Below, in pieces: positions 26,835 through 36,419 of a DNA stretch of 62,938 nt. The stretch covers positions 1 through 62,938 of the forward strand of contig CANRCX010000005.1 of assembly GCA_947629235.1 (NCBI GenBank), read 5' to 3'. Numbering within the stretch: position 1 is the first letter of the stretch; each line of letters opens with the position of its first letter. The notes beneath the pieces were generated by a model. It searched no databases and had not been told where the DNA came from. It worked only from the letters and a program-made list of their open reading frames with translations. Origin of the DNA: an uncultured Bacilli bacterium (GTDB taxonomy: Bacteria; Bacillota_I; Bacilli_A; RF39; UBA660). The translations under genes were made by a program, and so were the position numbers.

Positions 26835-29800
26835 ATGAAACTGATAGATAATCATATTGAAAAATTAGGCGATGATTTAAAAAAAACAATAACTAATAAT
26901 TCTAAAATTAGAATTTGTGCATCTATATTCTCTATGTATGGATATGAAGCTTTAAAAAAAGAATTATCAAAGATTGATGAATTTAAATTTATATTCACTG
27001 ATCCTACTTTTGTAGAAAAAGCAACAAATAATAAAGAACAGAGATTATTTGAAGTTAATAATAGAAATAGAGAAAAAAGTTTAAGTGGATCACCATTTGA
27101 AGTTAGATTAAAAAATGAATTAAATGGAAAAAGTATTGCAAAAGAATGTGCAGAATGGATAAAGAAAAAAGGAAAATTTAAATCTAATATTGGTGGAGAA
27201 GCTATACAAAGATTTGTGCTTTTACAAAATGAAGCATCAGATATTATTTATACAAATATGGAAGAATTTTCTACTATTGGATTAGGATATGAAAAAGATA
27301 ATGCGATTTATATGCCTATTACTAAGATTGATGATAATTATGAATTTTCAAAAAGATATCTAGATTCATTTGAACAAATATGGAATGATGAAACACATTT
27401 AAAAGATGTTACAAATGAAGTTATAGAATTTATGTCTGACTTATATAAAGAAAATTCACCAGAATTTATTTATTACATAACTCTTTATAATATATTTACT
27501 GAATTTTTAGAAGATATATCAGAAGATGAACTAGCAAATGAAAAAACAGGATTTAAAGAATCAAAAATATGGAATTCACTTTATGAATTTCAAAAAGATG
27601 CAGTTTTAGGAATAATTAATAAATTAGAAAGATTTAATGGATGTATATTAGCAGATAGTGTTGGTTTAGGAAAAACATATACAGCCTTAGCAGTTATTAA
27701 ATATTATCAAGAAAGAAATAAAAGTATATTAGTTTTGTGTCCAAAAAAATTAAGTGAAAACTGGAATACGTTTATTAAGAATTATAAAGATAATCCATTA
27801 CAAGAAGATAGATTTAATTATGATGTATTATTTCATACAGATTTATCAAGAACACATGGAGAATCTAATGGTATGGATTTATCACGAGTTAATTGGGGTA
27901 ATTATGATTTAGTTGTTATAGATGAATCACATAATTTTAGAAATAATCAAGCAAGAAATGATAGAGAAACAAGATATGATAGACTTATGAATGAAGTTAT
28001 GAAAGCTGGGGTTAAAACAAAAGTATTAATGTTATCTGCTACACCAGTAAATAATAAGTTTAATGATTTAAAAAATCAACTTGCTTTAGCATATGAAGGT
28101 AAGACAGATAAAATAGATGAAAAAATTAGTAATACAAAATCTATAGATACTATTTTAAAAAATGCTCAAACTGTATTTAATGAATGGAGTAAATTAGATC
28201 CAAATAAAAGAACTAGTGAAGAATTATTAAGTAGACTTAATTCTAATTTTGATTTCTTTAAATTATTAGATAGTGTTACAATTGCTAGATCAAGAAAACA
28301 TATTGAAAAATATTATGATATGAATTCAATTGGTAAATTTCCAACTAGATTAAAACCTATTAGTAAGTCCCCAGAACTTACAGATATTCAAGGATTTATG
28401 TCAATTAAAGATATTGCTGAAGAATTAAATAAATTAAATATGAGTATTTATGCTCCTTTTGATTATATATTACCAAATAAACTTAGTGAATATGAAGACA
28501 TATATGATATAGAAGTTAAAGGTGGACAATCTAGTTTCCATCAAGCTGATAGAGAAAAAAGTTTACAAATTTTAATGAGAATTAATTTTTTAAAAAGATT
28601 AGAAAGTTCTGTATCTTCTTTTAGAATAACTTTAAATAAAGTTTTAAATCAAATATCATCAACTTTACAATCTATAGAAAATTTTGAAAATAGGGGAATT
28701 AATCAATCATTTGAGAATGTTGAAGTTACAAATTATAATTCAGATGAAGATATTGAAGATTTATTAGAAGACCAATTTAGTATTGGTAAAAAAGTTAAAA
28801 TTAAATTAGAAGATATGAATACAATTGGATGGAAAGAAGATTTACTTTCAGATTATAAAATATTAAAAACATTACTTTATGAAATGGAAAAAGTAACTCC
28901 TGAACATGATACAAAATTAAATGAATTAGTTAATATGATTATTGATAAAATTGATCATCCAATTAATAAAGATAATAAAAAAGTTATTATTTTTAGTGCA
29001 TTTGCAGATACAGCAGATTATATTTATAAAAGTATTGCTAATAATTTAAAAAATCATTATAATTTACAAACTTGTAAAATAACTGGTTCTGGATTTAATG
29101 AATGTACAATTGAAATGAATAAAGAATTTAATAATTTATTATTAAATTTTTCACCAAAATCAAAACATAGGGATATGTTAGATCCAAATTCAAAGAATGA
29201 TATAGATATTTTAATCGCAACTGATTGTATTTCTGAAGGACAAAATTTACAAGATTGTGATTATTTAATAAATTATGATATACATTGGAATCCTGTTAGA
29301 ATAATACAAAGATTTGGCCGTATTGATAGAATAGGATCTCTTAATGATGTTATTCAATTAGTTAATTTTTGGCCTAATATTTCTTTAGATGATTATATTA
29401 ATTTAAAAAATAGAGTAGAAAATAGAATGTTAATGTTAGATATATCAGGAACAGGTGAAGATAATGTTTTAACTAATAAATCTAGTGATATAGAATATCG
29501 TAAAGCTCAATTACAAAAGTTAAAAGAAGAAGTAGTTGATTTAGAAGATATGAATACTGGAATAAGTATTACTGATTTAGGATTAAATGATTTTAGAATG
29601 GATTTAGTTGAATATGTTAAAGAGAATGGAAATTTAGATGGAACACCATTTGGCTTACATTCAGTTGTACATGAAAATAAATCATTAGGAATAGAAAAAG
29701 GTGTAATTTATGTTTTAAAAAATATAAATAATGAAGTTAATATTGATAATATGAATCAATTACATCCATTTTATTTAGTTTATATAAAAGAAGATGGAGA

Positions 29801-30095
29801 GATACTTTCAAATCATTTAAATGTAAAAAATACATTAGATTTATTAAGAACTATGTCTAAAGGTAATACTGAACCAATAAAAACTGCTTATAATATTTTT
29901 AATGAATTTACAAATGATGGAAAAGATATGACAATGTATTCAGAATTATTAAATCAAAGTATTGATTCTATAATTAATATAAAAGAAGAAAATGATATAG
30001 ATAGTTTATTTAAATCAGGTGGTACAACAATGTTAAAAAATAATATAAAAGGTTTAGAAGATTTTGAACTTATCTCATTTATGGTGATAATATGA
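26835..30095 (+). CDS. SNF2-family helicase (1086 aa) with ~240-aa N-terminal domain of unclear function
   Basis: ADSVGLGKTYTA (I), VIDESHNFRN (II), SATPVNN (III), TDCISEGQNLQDC (V), WNPVRIIQRFGRIDRIGS (VI). Confidence 0.85.
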   Translation: MKLIDNHIEKLGDDLKKTITNNSKIRICASIFSMYGYEALKKELSKIDEFKFIFTDPTFVEKATNNKEQRLFEVNNRNREKSLSGSPFEVRLKNELNGKSIAKECAEWIKKKGKFKSNIGGEAIQRFVLLQNEASDIIYTNMEEFSTIGLGYEKDNAIYMPITKIDDNYEFSKRYLDSFEQIWNDETHLKDVTNEVIEFMSDLYKENSPEFIYYITLYNIFTEFLEDISEDELANEKTGFKESKIWNSLYEFQKDAVLGIINKLERFNGCILADSVGLGKTYTALAVIKYYQERNKSILVLCPKKLSENWNTFIKNYKDNPLQEDRFNYDVLFHTDLSRTHGESNGMDLSRVNWGNYDLVVIDESHNFRNNQARNDRETRYDRLMNEVMKAGVKTKVLMLSATPVNNKFNDLKNQLALAYEGKTDKIDEKISNTKSIDTILKNAQTVFNEWSKLDPNKRTSEELLSRLNSNFDFFKLLDSVTIARSRKHIEKYYDMNSIGKFPTRLKPISKSPELTDIQGFMSIKDIAEELNKLNMSIYAPFDYILPNKLSEYEDIYDIEVKGGQSSFHQADREKSLQILMRINFLKRLESSVSSFRITLNKVLNQISSTLQSIENFENRGINQSFENVEVTNYNSDEDIEDLLEDQFSIGKKVKIKLEDMNTIGWKEDLLSDYKILKTLLYEMEKVTPEHDTKLNELVNMIIDKIDHPINKDNKKVIIFSAFADTADYIYKSIANNLKNHYNLQTCKITGSGFNECTIEMNKEFNNLLLNFSPKSKHRDMLDPNSKNDIDILIATDCISEGQNLQDCDYLINYDIHWNPVRIIQRFGRIDRIGSLNDVIQLVNFWPNISLDDYINLKNRVENRMLMLDISGTGEDNVLTNKSSDIEYRKAQLQKLKEEVVDLEDMNTGISITDLGLNDFRMDLVEYVKENGNLDGTPFGLHSVVHENKSLGIEKGVIYVLKNINNEVNIDNMNQLHPFYLVYIKEDGEILSNHLNVKNTLDLLRTMSKGNTEPIKTAYNIFNEFTNDGKDMTMYSELLNQSIDSIINIKEENDIDSLFKSGGTTMLKNNIKGLEDFELISFMVII

Positions 30096-30697
30096 TAGAA
30101 TTACCAAAAAGATGTTTAGTAAATAGAAATATACCTAAAAAAGTTTTTTATGAAAAATTAGGTATTTCAACAAGTATTAAAGATGATTTTGTAAGTATTG
30201 TTGATAAAATTATATGGCTATACAAATTATCAGAAGATACACTAGGAATATCAAAAACAAAAGAAGTAGAAGAAATAGAAGTATTTGAAATTGATTTAAA
30301 AGAAAAAAAGATTCCTAAAAATGTTATTAGAGTAATAGCAAAAGGAATACCATATAAAATATTATTTGTGATAAAATATAATAATGATATATGTTATGGA
30401 GTCAAAATAGAAGATTTATATTTTTCTGAATGGAATGAAGAATTAGAATTCAATTTTGATGGACTTAATCTTGAAACTATATTTGAAAATATAGTTAAAA
30501 CAATTATAAAGGAAAAAGATAATAATAAAGATTTTTCTATTCTTATTGATAATAAATCAAAGAAAGAAGAATTATCAAAAAAAATTGAACAATTAAAAAA
30601 CAAGATTAAGCAAGAAAAACAATTTAATAAAAAAGTTGAATTAAATCAACAATTAAGAAAATTAGAAATTGTTATGGAGGAATTAGTAAATGAATAA
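30092..30697 (+). CDS. small accessory protein, DUF4391-like
   Basis: ATGA overlap with the SNF2 gene and 8-nt overlap with mod. The pattern EEIEVFEIDLKEKKIPKNVIRVIAKGIPYKILFVI recalls DUF4391 from memory only. Confidence 0.4.
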   Translation: MIELPKRCLVNRNIPKKVFYEKLGISTSIKDDFVSIVDKIIWLYKLSEDTLGISKTKEVEEIEVFEIDLKEKKIPKNVIRVIAKGIPYKILFVIKYNNDICYGVKIEDLYFSEWNEELEFNFDGLNLETIFENIVKTIIKEKDNNKDFSILIDNKSKKEELSKKIEQLKNKIKQEKQFNKKVELNQQLRKLEIVMEELVNE

Positions 30698-32588
30698 ATT
30701 AGACATGGAATCTGTTAATATTATAAATGGTAATATAGAAAAGATAGGAAATTTATTTCCAAATGTAATAGTGGAATCAGAAAATGGCAAAGCAATAGAT
30801 TTTGATTTATTAAAACAAGAGTTATCAGATGAAATTGTTGATGAAAGCAAAGAAAAATATCAATTAACTTGGCCAGGAAAGAAAAAATCAATATTAAATG
30901 CCAATACACCATCTAAAAATACATTAAGACCAATAAGAGAAAAATCAGTTGATTTTGATAATACACAAAATATTTATATTGAAGGAGATAATTTAGAAGC
31001 ATTAAAAATATTACAAGAATCATACTTAAATAAAATTAAATGTATTTATATTGATCCACCATATAACACAGGCAATGATTTTATTTATAATGACAATTTT
31101 GATAAAACAAAAGAAAATGAATTGTTAGAATCAGGACAAATTGATGAAGATGGCTATAGACTAGTAAGCAATAATCAATCTAATGGAAGATTTCATAGTG
31201 ATTGGTTATCAATGATGTATTCTAGATTAAAACTTGCAAGGAATTTGTTATCAAATGATGGGGCAATAATTATTAGCATAGATGTAAATGAATTAAACAA
31301 TCTTTGCAAAATTTGTGATGAAATATTTGGTGAAAAAAACTTTTTAGGAATATTCCCAAGAAAAACTACCGAACACATAAGAGTTTTAGCCGATTATGAA
31401 TTACAAAATTTGAATGATTATGTTGTAATATATTGTAAAAATTTAGAAAAAATAAAGTTAAATAAAAAAAATATAGGTGAAATTCAATATGATTACGAAG
31501 ATGATAATGGGAAATATATATTAAAGGCTTTTCAAAATTCTGGTGAAAATGGAACTAGAAAGGCAAGACCAAATTTATATTATCCTATATATTACAATGA
31601 GAAAACAAAAACATTATCTCTTGAAAAAAGCGATAATTCTATTGAGATTTTACCTCGCAAAGTCAAATCAGAAGACGGGAGATGGCTTTGGAGTAAAGAA
31701 AAATTTGTTCAAGATAACAAATTGTTAGAATATAAAAATGGCACAATACATAGAAAAGTTTACTATAATGAAGATGAAGATCAAACAAAATATGAATCAT
31801 TTAAAACGTGGCTAGATATGTATCCTAACAGACTAGGTGCTAAAAAGTTAAATGAATTGGAAATGGGAGAATATTTTGATTATTCGAAACCAGTTGATTT
31901 GATTAAATTTTTGCTTGAACTTATAATTGATAAAAATTCAATTGTTTTAGACTTTTTTAGTGGTAGTGCAACGACAGCACAAGCAGTTATGGAATTAAAT
32001 ATAGAAAAAAAGTATAATTTAAAAAACATTATGGTTCAGTTAAATGAACAGATAGATGAAAACAGTAAAGCATATATAGATGGATATAAAAATATTTGTG
32101 ATATAGGTGAAGAAAGAATTAGAAGAGCTGCAAAGAAAATTAAGGAAGAAACAAATGCAGATATTGATTATGGATTTAGAGTTTATAAAATAGATTCTTC
32201 AAATATGAAAGATGTATATTATAAACCTAATGAGTTACAACAATCACAATTGTCACTATTTGAAACTAATATAAAAGAAGATAGAACAACTGATGATTTA
32301 TTAACACAAGTAATACTTGATTTAGGGTTAACATTAGATTTAAAAATAGAAGAAAAGAAAATACTAAATAATAATGTATATTATGTAGATACTAATTCAT
32401 TGGTAGCTTGTTTTGATGATGAAATTGATATAAATATTGTTGATGAAATCTGTAAAGTTGAACCATTGAAAGTAGTATTTAAAGATTTTTCATTTAAAAC
32501 TGATAAAGATAAAATAAATTTAGAAGAAAAATTCAAAAAATTATTACCTGAAAGGGCAACTGACAAAAATTTTATAAGTATTATATAA
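30690..32588 (+). CDS. Mod-type (beta-class) N6-adenine DNA methyltransferase
   Basis: Motif IV IYIDPPYNTGNDF precedes motif I LDFFSGSATTAQAV, with a long variable region between them. Confidence 0.85.
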   Translation: MNKLDMESVNIINGNIEKIGNLFPNVIVESENGKAIDFDLLKQELSDEIVDESKEKYQLTWPGKKKSILNANTPSKNTLRPIREKSVDFDNTQNIYIEGDNLEALKILQESYLNKIKCIYIDPPYNTGNDFIYNDNFDKTKENELLESGQIDEDGYRLVSNNQSNGRFHSDWLSMMYSRLKLARNLLSNDGAIIISIDVNELNNLCKICDEIFGEKNFLGIFPRKTTEHIRVLADYELQNLNDYVVIYCKNLEKIKLNKKNIGEIQYDYEDDNGKYILKAFQNSGENGTRKARPNLYYPIYYNEKTKTLSLEKSDNSIEILPRKVKSEDGRWLWSKEKFVQDNKLLEYKNGTIHRKVYYNEDEDQTKYESFKTWLDMYPNRLGAKKLNELEMGEYFDYSKPVDLIKFLLELIIDKNSIVLDFFSGSATTAQAVMELNIEKKYNLKNIMVQLNEQIDENSKAYIDGYKNICDIGEERIRRAAKKIKEETNADIDYGFRVYKIDSSNMKDVYYKPNELQQSQLSLFETNIKEDRTTDDLLTQVILDLGLTLDLKIEEKKILNNNVYYVDTNSLVACFDDEIDINIVDEICKVEPLKVVFKDFSFKTDKDKINLEEKFKKLLPERATDKNFISII

Positions 32589-32601
32589 AGAGGTGTAATG
32601 G

Positions 32602-35600
32602 ATGAAATTAAAATTTAAGCAACAACAATATCAAGAAGATGCTGTAATGTCAGTTGTAAATTGTTTTAGTGGTGAAAAAAAAGGAAGCAGAAGAGATTTA
32701 TTATTTAGACGAGTAAGAACAATAGATGAAGGAACATTATTAGAAAGGCAAGAAGATGAAGATTTTGTTTCTTTTGGAAATCATGGCTTTAATCTTACTG
32801 AATCACAAATAAGAAATAATATAAGGAATGTTCAAAGATTAAATGATATAAATTATACAGATAATGCTGGAATTAGAGATTTTACTATTGAAATGGAAAC
32901 AGGTACCGGAAAAACATATACTTATATAAAAACTATGTATGAATTAAATAATGCTTATGGTTGGAGTAAGTTTATTGTAATGGTACCTAGTATTGCTATT
33001 CGTGAGGGTGTACATAAGTCTTTTGAAATAACACAAGATCATTTTCAAGAAATATATCATAAAAAAATTAAATTTTTTGTTTATAATTCTTCTAATATTG
33101 CTAATATAAATGATTTTGTTTCTGATGATTCTATACATGCTATGATAATTAATTATCAAGCTTTTAATACTGAAGAAAAATCAAAAGGAGTTAATAAAAG
33201 AATTTATAAATATTTAGATGAATTACAATCAAGAAGACCAATAGATGTTATTAATAGTGTTAATCCAATATTAATTTTAGATGAACCTCAAAAAATTGGT
33301 GATAAAACAGAAGAAAAATTAAAAGAATTTAAACCATTATTTACAATTCGTTATTCTGCAACTCATAGAAAAGGAAAAGAATACAATAAAATTTATAGAT
33401 TAGATGCAATAGATGCATATAATCAAAAATTAGTAAAAAAGATAAATGTTAAAGGTATAGAAATACTACATAATAAATCAGAAGATACTTATTTATTTTT
33501 AGATAGTGTTAATATCAGTCAAAAGCATGATCCAGAAGCTATTATGGAAATAGAAGTAAAATCATCAAATGGTGTGTCAAGAAAGCTTGTAAAATTAAAA
33601 GCAGGTGATGACCTTTGGTCAAAATCTGGTGAGTTACAACAATATAAAGGATTTGTAGTAAGTGAAATAGATGGAAGATATGATCAATATGATAAAGTTT
33701 TTTTTACTAATGGAGTCGAAATACAAGTTGGGCAAGCATTTGGTGATATAGATGAATCCCATTTAATTAGAATTCAAATTAGAGAAACTATACGTTCACA
33801 TTTTGAAAAAGAAAAAGAACTTCATAAATTAGGAATAAAAGTATTATCATTATTCTTTATTGATGAAGTGTCAAAATATAAATATTATGAAGATGGTATT
33901 GCTTTAAAAGGGGAGTATGCTAAAATATTTGAAGAAGAATATACTAAAGCATTAAATGATTATAGAACATTATTTGATGATGATTATACAAAATATTTAG
34001 ATTCATTTGATACAGGTAAAATTCATGCTGGATATTTTTCAATAGATAAAAAAGGTCATGAAATTGATCCAAGTATAAATGATAAGAAGGAATATTTAAG
34101 TTTTGATGAAGATGCTTATGATTTAATTATGAAAGATAAAGAAAGACTTTTATCATTAGAAGAACCTGTTAGATTTATATTCTCACACTCTGCATTAAGA
34201 GAAGGTTGGGATAATCCAAATATATTTCAAATATGTACTTTAAAACATAGCAATTCAGAAATAAGTAAAAGACAAGAAATAGGTCGTGGTCTTCGTATTT
34301 GTGTTAATAATGATGGAGAAAGAATGGATTATAATGTATTAGAAAATGATTTTTATAATATTAATACATTAACTATTATTGCTAGTGAATCTTATGATAG
34401 TTTTGCTAAAGCACTGCAAACAGAAATAGCAGAAACTTTAACTGCAAGACCAAAAAACTTTACTGCTGAATCATTTATTGGTAAAATTTTAACTAATGAA
34501 TCTGGTGAACATTATGAATTTACACAAGAACATTTTCAAGATTTATTAATATTCAATGTAATGAATGGATATGTAGATCAAAAAGATAATTATAAAATAA
34601 CTGACAAGTTTATTGAAGATATGGAAAATGGAAAATTAGAAGTAATGCCTGCTTTAGTTGGATTTGAAGAACAAGTATCTAGTTTAATGAAGAGATTATA
34701 CTCAACTAATAATACTAAACTTGTTAACAATGAAGGAAAACATAATATCACAAGTCTTGTTCCTAATAAAAATTTTATGAAAAAAGAATTTCAAGATTTA
34801 TGGAATAAAATTAATGTTAAAACAATTTATGAAGTTGATTTTGATACAAAAGAATTGATAGATAAATCAGTACAAGCTATAAATGAAAGATTTAATATTT
34901 CTAAAATGCAAGTTAAAATAACTGAAGGTGAACAAAAAGATAAAATGACTTCTGTATCAGTTAACAGTGGCAGTTCGATGACAGAAGGAAGAACTAAAAC
35001 TGAAACAATTGAAGAGTTTTCTCCATCTCAAATTGAATATGATTTAATAGGTGAAATAACCAGAGATACAGGACTAACAAGAAAAACAGTAATAAATATT
35101 TTGACTAAAATTTCACCTGAAAAATTTAATTATTATCAATATAATCCAGAAGAATTTATAAGAAAAGTTTGTAATTTAATAAATCAAGAAAAAGCAACAA
35201 CTATAATTGATGGTATAACATATCATAAAACAGAACAAAAATATTCAAATGATATATTTACTATAAATAATGTTCAAGGTGAATTAGGTGAAAATGCAAT
35301 AGATGTTAAAAAACATATATATGATTATTTAGTTACAGATTCTAAAAATGAAACTAATTTTGCAAGAAAACTAGAATCTGGTGAAGTAACTGTGTATGCA
35401 AAACTACCTAATGGATTTAAGATACCAACTCCAGTTGGAAATTATAATCCAGATTGGGCTATAGTATTTGATAATCCTACATTTAAATATGTGTATTTTG
35501 TTGCTGAAACAAAAGGAAGTATGGATTCACTTGAATTAAGAGATGTTGAAAAAGCAAAAATAGAATGTGCTAAGAAACATTTTAAATGTATTAGTAATGA

Positions 35601-35661
35601 TGAAGTTAAATATGATGTTGTAGATAGTTATGAATCATTAATTAATATATTAACTGCATAA
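32602..35661 (+). CDS. Type III restriction Res-type helicase-endonuclease
   Basis: ETGTGKTYT (I), LILDEPQK (II), SALREGWDNPNIFQICTL, QEIGRGLRI (VI), C-terminal PD-(D/E)xK NPDWAIVF...FVAETKG. Confidence 0.85.
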   Translation: MKLKFKQQQYQEDAVMSVVNCFSGEKKGSRRDLLFRRVRTIDEGTLLERQEDEDFVSFGNHGFNLTESQIRNNIRNVQRLNDINYTDNAGIRDFTIEMETGTGKTYTYIKTMYELNNAYGWSKFIVMVPSIAIREGVHKSFEITQDHFQEIYHKKIKFFVYNSSNIANINDFVSDDSIHAMIINYQAFNTEEKSKGVNKRIYKYLDELQSRRPIDVINSVNPILILDEPQKIGDKTEEKLKEFKPLFTIRYSATHRKGKEYNKIYRLDAIDAYNQKLVKKINVKGIEILHNKSEDTYLFLDSVNISQKHDPEAIMEIEVKSSNGVSRKLVKLKAGDDLWSKSGELQQYKGFVVSEIDGRYDQYDKVFFTNGVEIQVGQAFGDIDESHLIRIQIRETIRSHFEKEKELHKLGIKVLSLFFIDEVSKYKYYEDGIALKGEYAKIFEEEYTKALNDYRTLFDDDYTKYLDSFDTGKIHAGYFSIDKKGHEIDPSINDKKEYLSFDEDAYDLIMKDKERLLSLEEPVRFIFSHSALREGWDNPNIFQICTLKHSNSEISKRQEIGRGLRICVNNDGERMDYNVLENDFYNINTLTIIASESYDSFAKALQTEIAETLTARPKNFTAESFIGKILTNESGEHYEFTQEHFQDLLIFNVMNGYVDQKDNYKITDKFIEDMENGKLEVMPALVGFEEQVSSLMKRLYSTNNTKLVNNEGKHNITSLVPNKNFMKKEFQDLWNKINVKTIYEVDFDTKELIDKSVQAINERFNISKMQVKITEGEQKDKMTSVSVNSGSSMTEGRTKTETIEEFSPSQIEYDLIGEITRDTGLTRKTVINILTKISPEKFNYYQYNPEEFIRKVCNLINQEKATTIIDGITYHKTEQKYSNDIFTINNVQGELGENAIDVKKHIYDYLVTDSKNETNFARKLESGEVTVYAKLPNGFKIPTPVGNYNPDWAIVFDNPTFKYVYFVAETKGSMDSLELRDVEKAKIECAKKHFKCISNDEVKYDVVDSYESLINILTA

Positions 35662-35673
35662 AAAAGGAGTAAT

Positions 35674-36306
35674 ATGAAAAAAGTTTTAAAAATTACTTTA
35701 ATTGTTATAGGAATTATAATGGGAATTATCTTAATTGATACACTACAAGCTATAATATTTGATAATAGTCCATTATTAAAAATAAGGGATAATTTTGATG
35801 CTGGAAGTATTGATTATATTGATAAAGGTTTATTTGTAAATCATTATCATTGTATTAATGATGAGAATGTTACAACATGGAAAAAAACAAAATTTTCTTG
35901 TTCAATAGAAGAAAATTTAGAAGAATCAACTTATAATATTAATAATGAAATAATAACTACAAGTATTAAGGAAAATACACTAACAAGTTCTTCATTAACA
36001 TTAATTTTTCATAATAATACAAATGAAACATATTATTATGGAGCAGGTAGTGGAATTATAGAAAAAGAAATAGATGGAAAATGGTATAAACTTAATACTA
36101 TCGAAAATGAAAATATTATAGCTATAGCTTATAATATACTTCCAAATACTAGTAAAGAATTTGAAAGTAATTTTGGTAATATTTATGGAAAATTAGCAAA
36201 AGGAAAATATAGAATTATTAAATCATTTTTTAGTGAAAAAGATTTTCATAAAGATGGATTAGCAGAATCTAATATTTATTCAGCTGTTGAATTTGAAATA
36301 AAGTAA
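35674..36306 (+). CDS. N-terminally membrane-anchored extracytoplasmic protein, unknown function
   Basis: TM VLKITLIVIGIIMGIILI, then a beta-rich domain. Confidence 0.55.
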   Translation: MKKVLKITLIVIGIIMGIILIDTLQAIIFDNSPLLKIRDNFDAGSIDYIDKGLFVNHYHCINDENVTTWKKTKFSCSIEENLEESTYNINNEIITTSIKENTLTSSSLTLIFHNNTNETYYYGAGSGIIEKEIDGKWYKLNTIENENIIAIAYNILPNTSKEFESNFGNIYGKLAKGKYRIIKSFFSEKDFHKDGLAESNIYSAVEFEIK

Positions 36307-36317
36307 TTTATTAATAA

Positions 36318-36340
36318 AAGATAGTTAAAACTATCTTTTT
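36318..36340 (+). terminator. intrinsic terminator closing the R-M-like operon
   Basis: aagatagtt/aactatctt plus T5. Confidence 0.6.
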
Positions 36341-36344
36341 AAAT

Positions 36345-36373
36345 TTGACACTTTTTATAACTTGTGGTATAAT
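36345..36373 (+). promoter_or_regulatory. consensus promoter TTGACA-17-(TGg)TATAAT for sigma paralogue 1
   Basis: Hexamers at 36345-36350 and 36368-36373 with TG at 36365-36366. Confidence 0.65.
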
Positions 36374-36419
36374 CTAGTCATTTAAAAAGAAGACATTATT
36401 ACATAAAAAGGGGGTTTTT

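Noticed and set aside
31543-31728. 61-aa + strand ORF in an alternative frame inside the mod gene
   Set aside because: No SD and no recognisable motif, and fully embedded in a gene with clear methyltransferase motifs.
32675-32682. A8 homopolymer tracts near the 5' ends of res (32675-32682) and the SNF2 gene (26879-26886) as phase-variation switches
   Set aside because: Runs of 7-9 A or T occur throughout this genome, in housekeeping genes as well. No G/C or multi-nucleotide simple repeats typical of phase-variable mod/res genes were seen.
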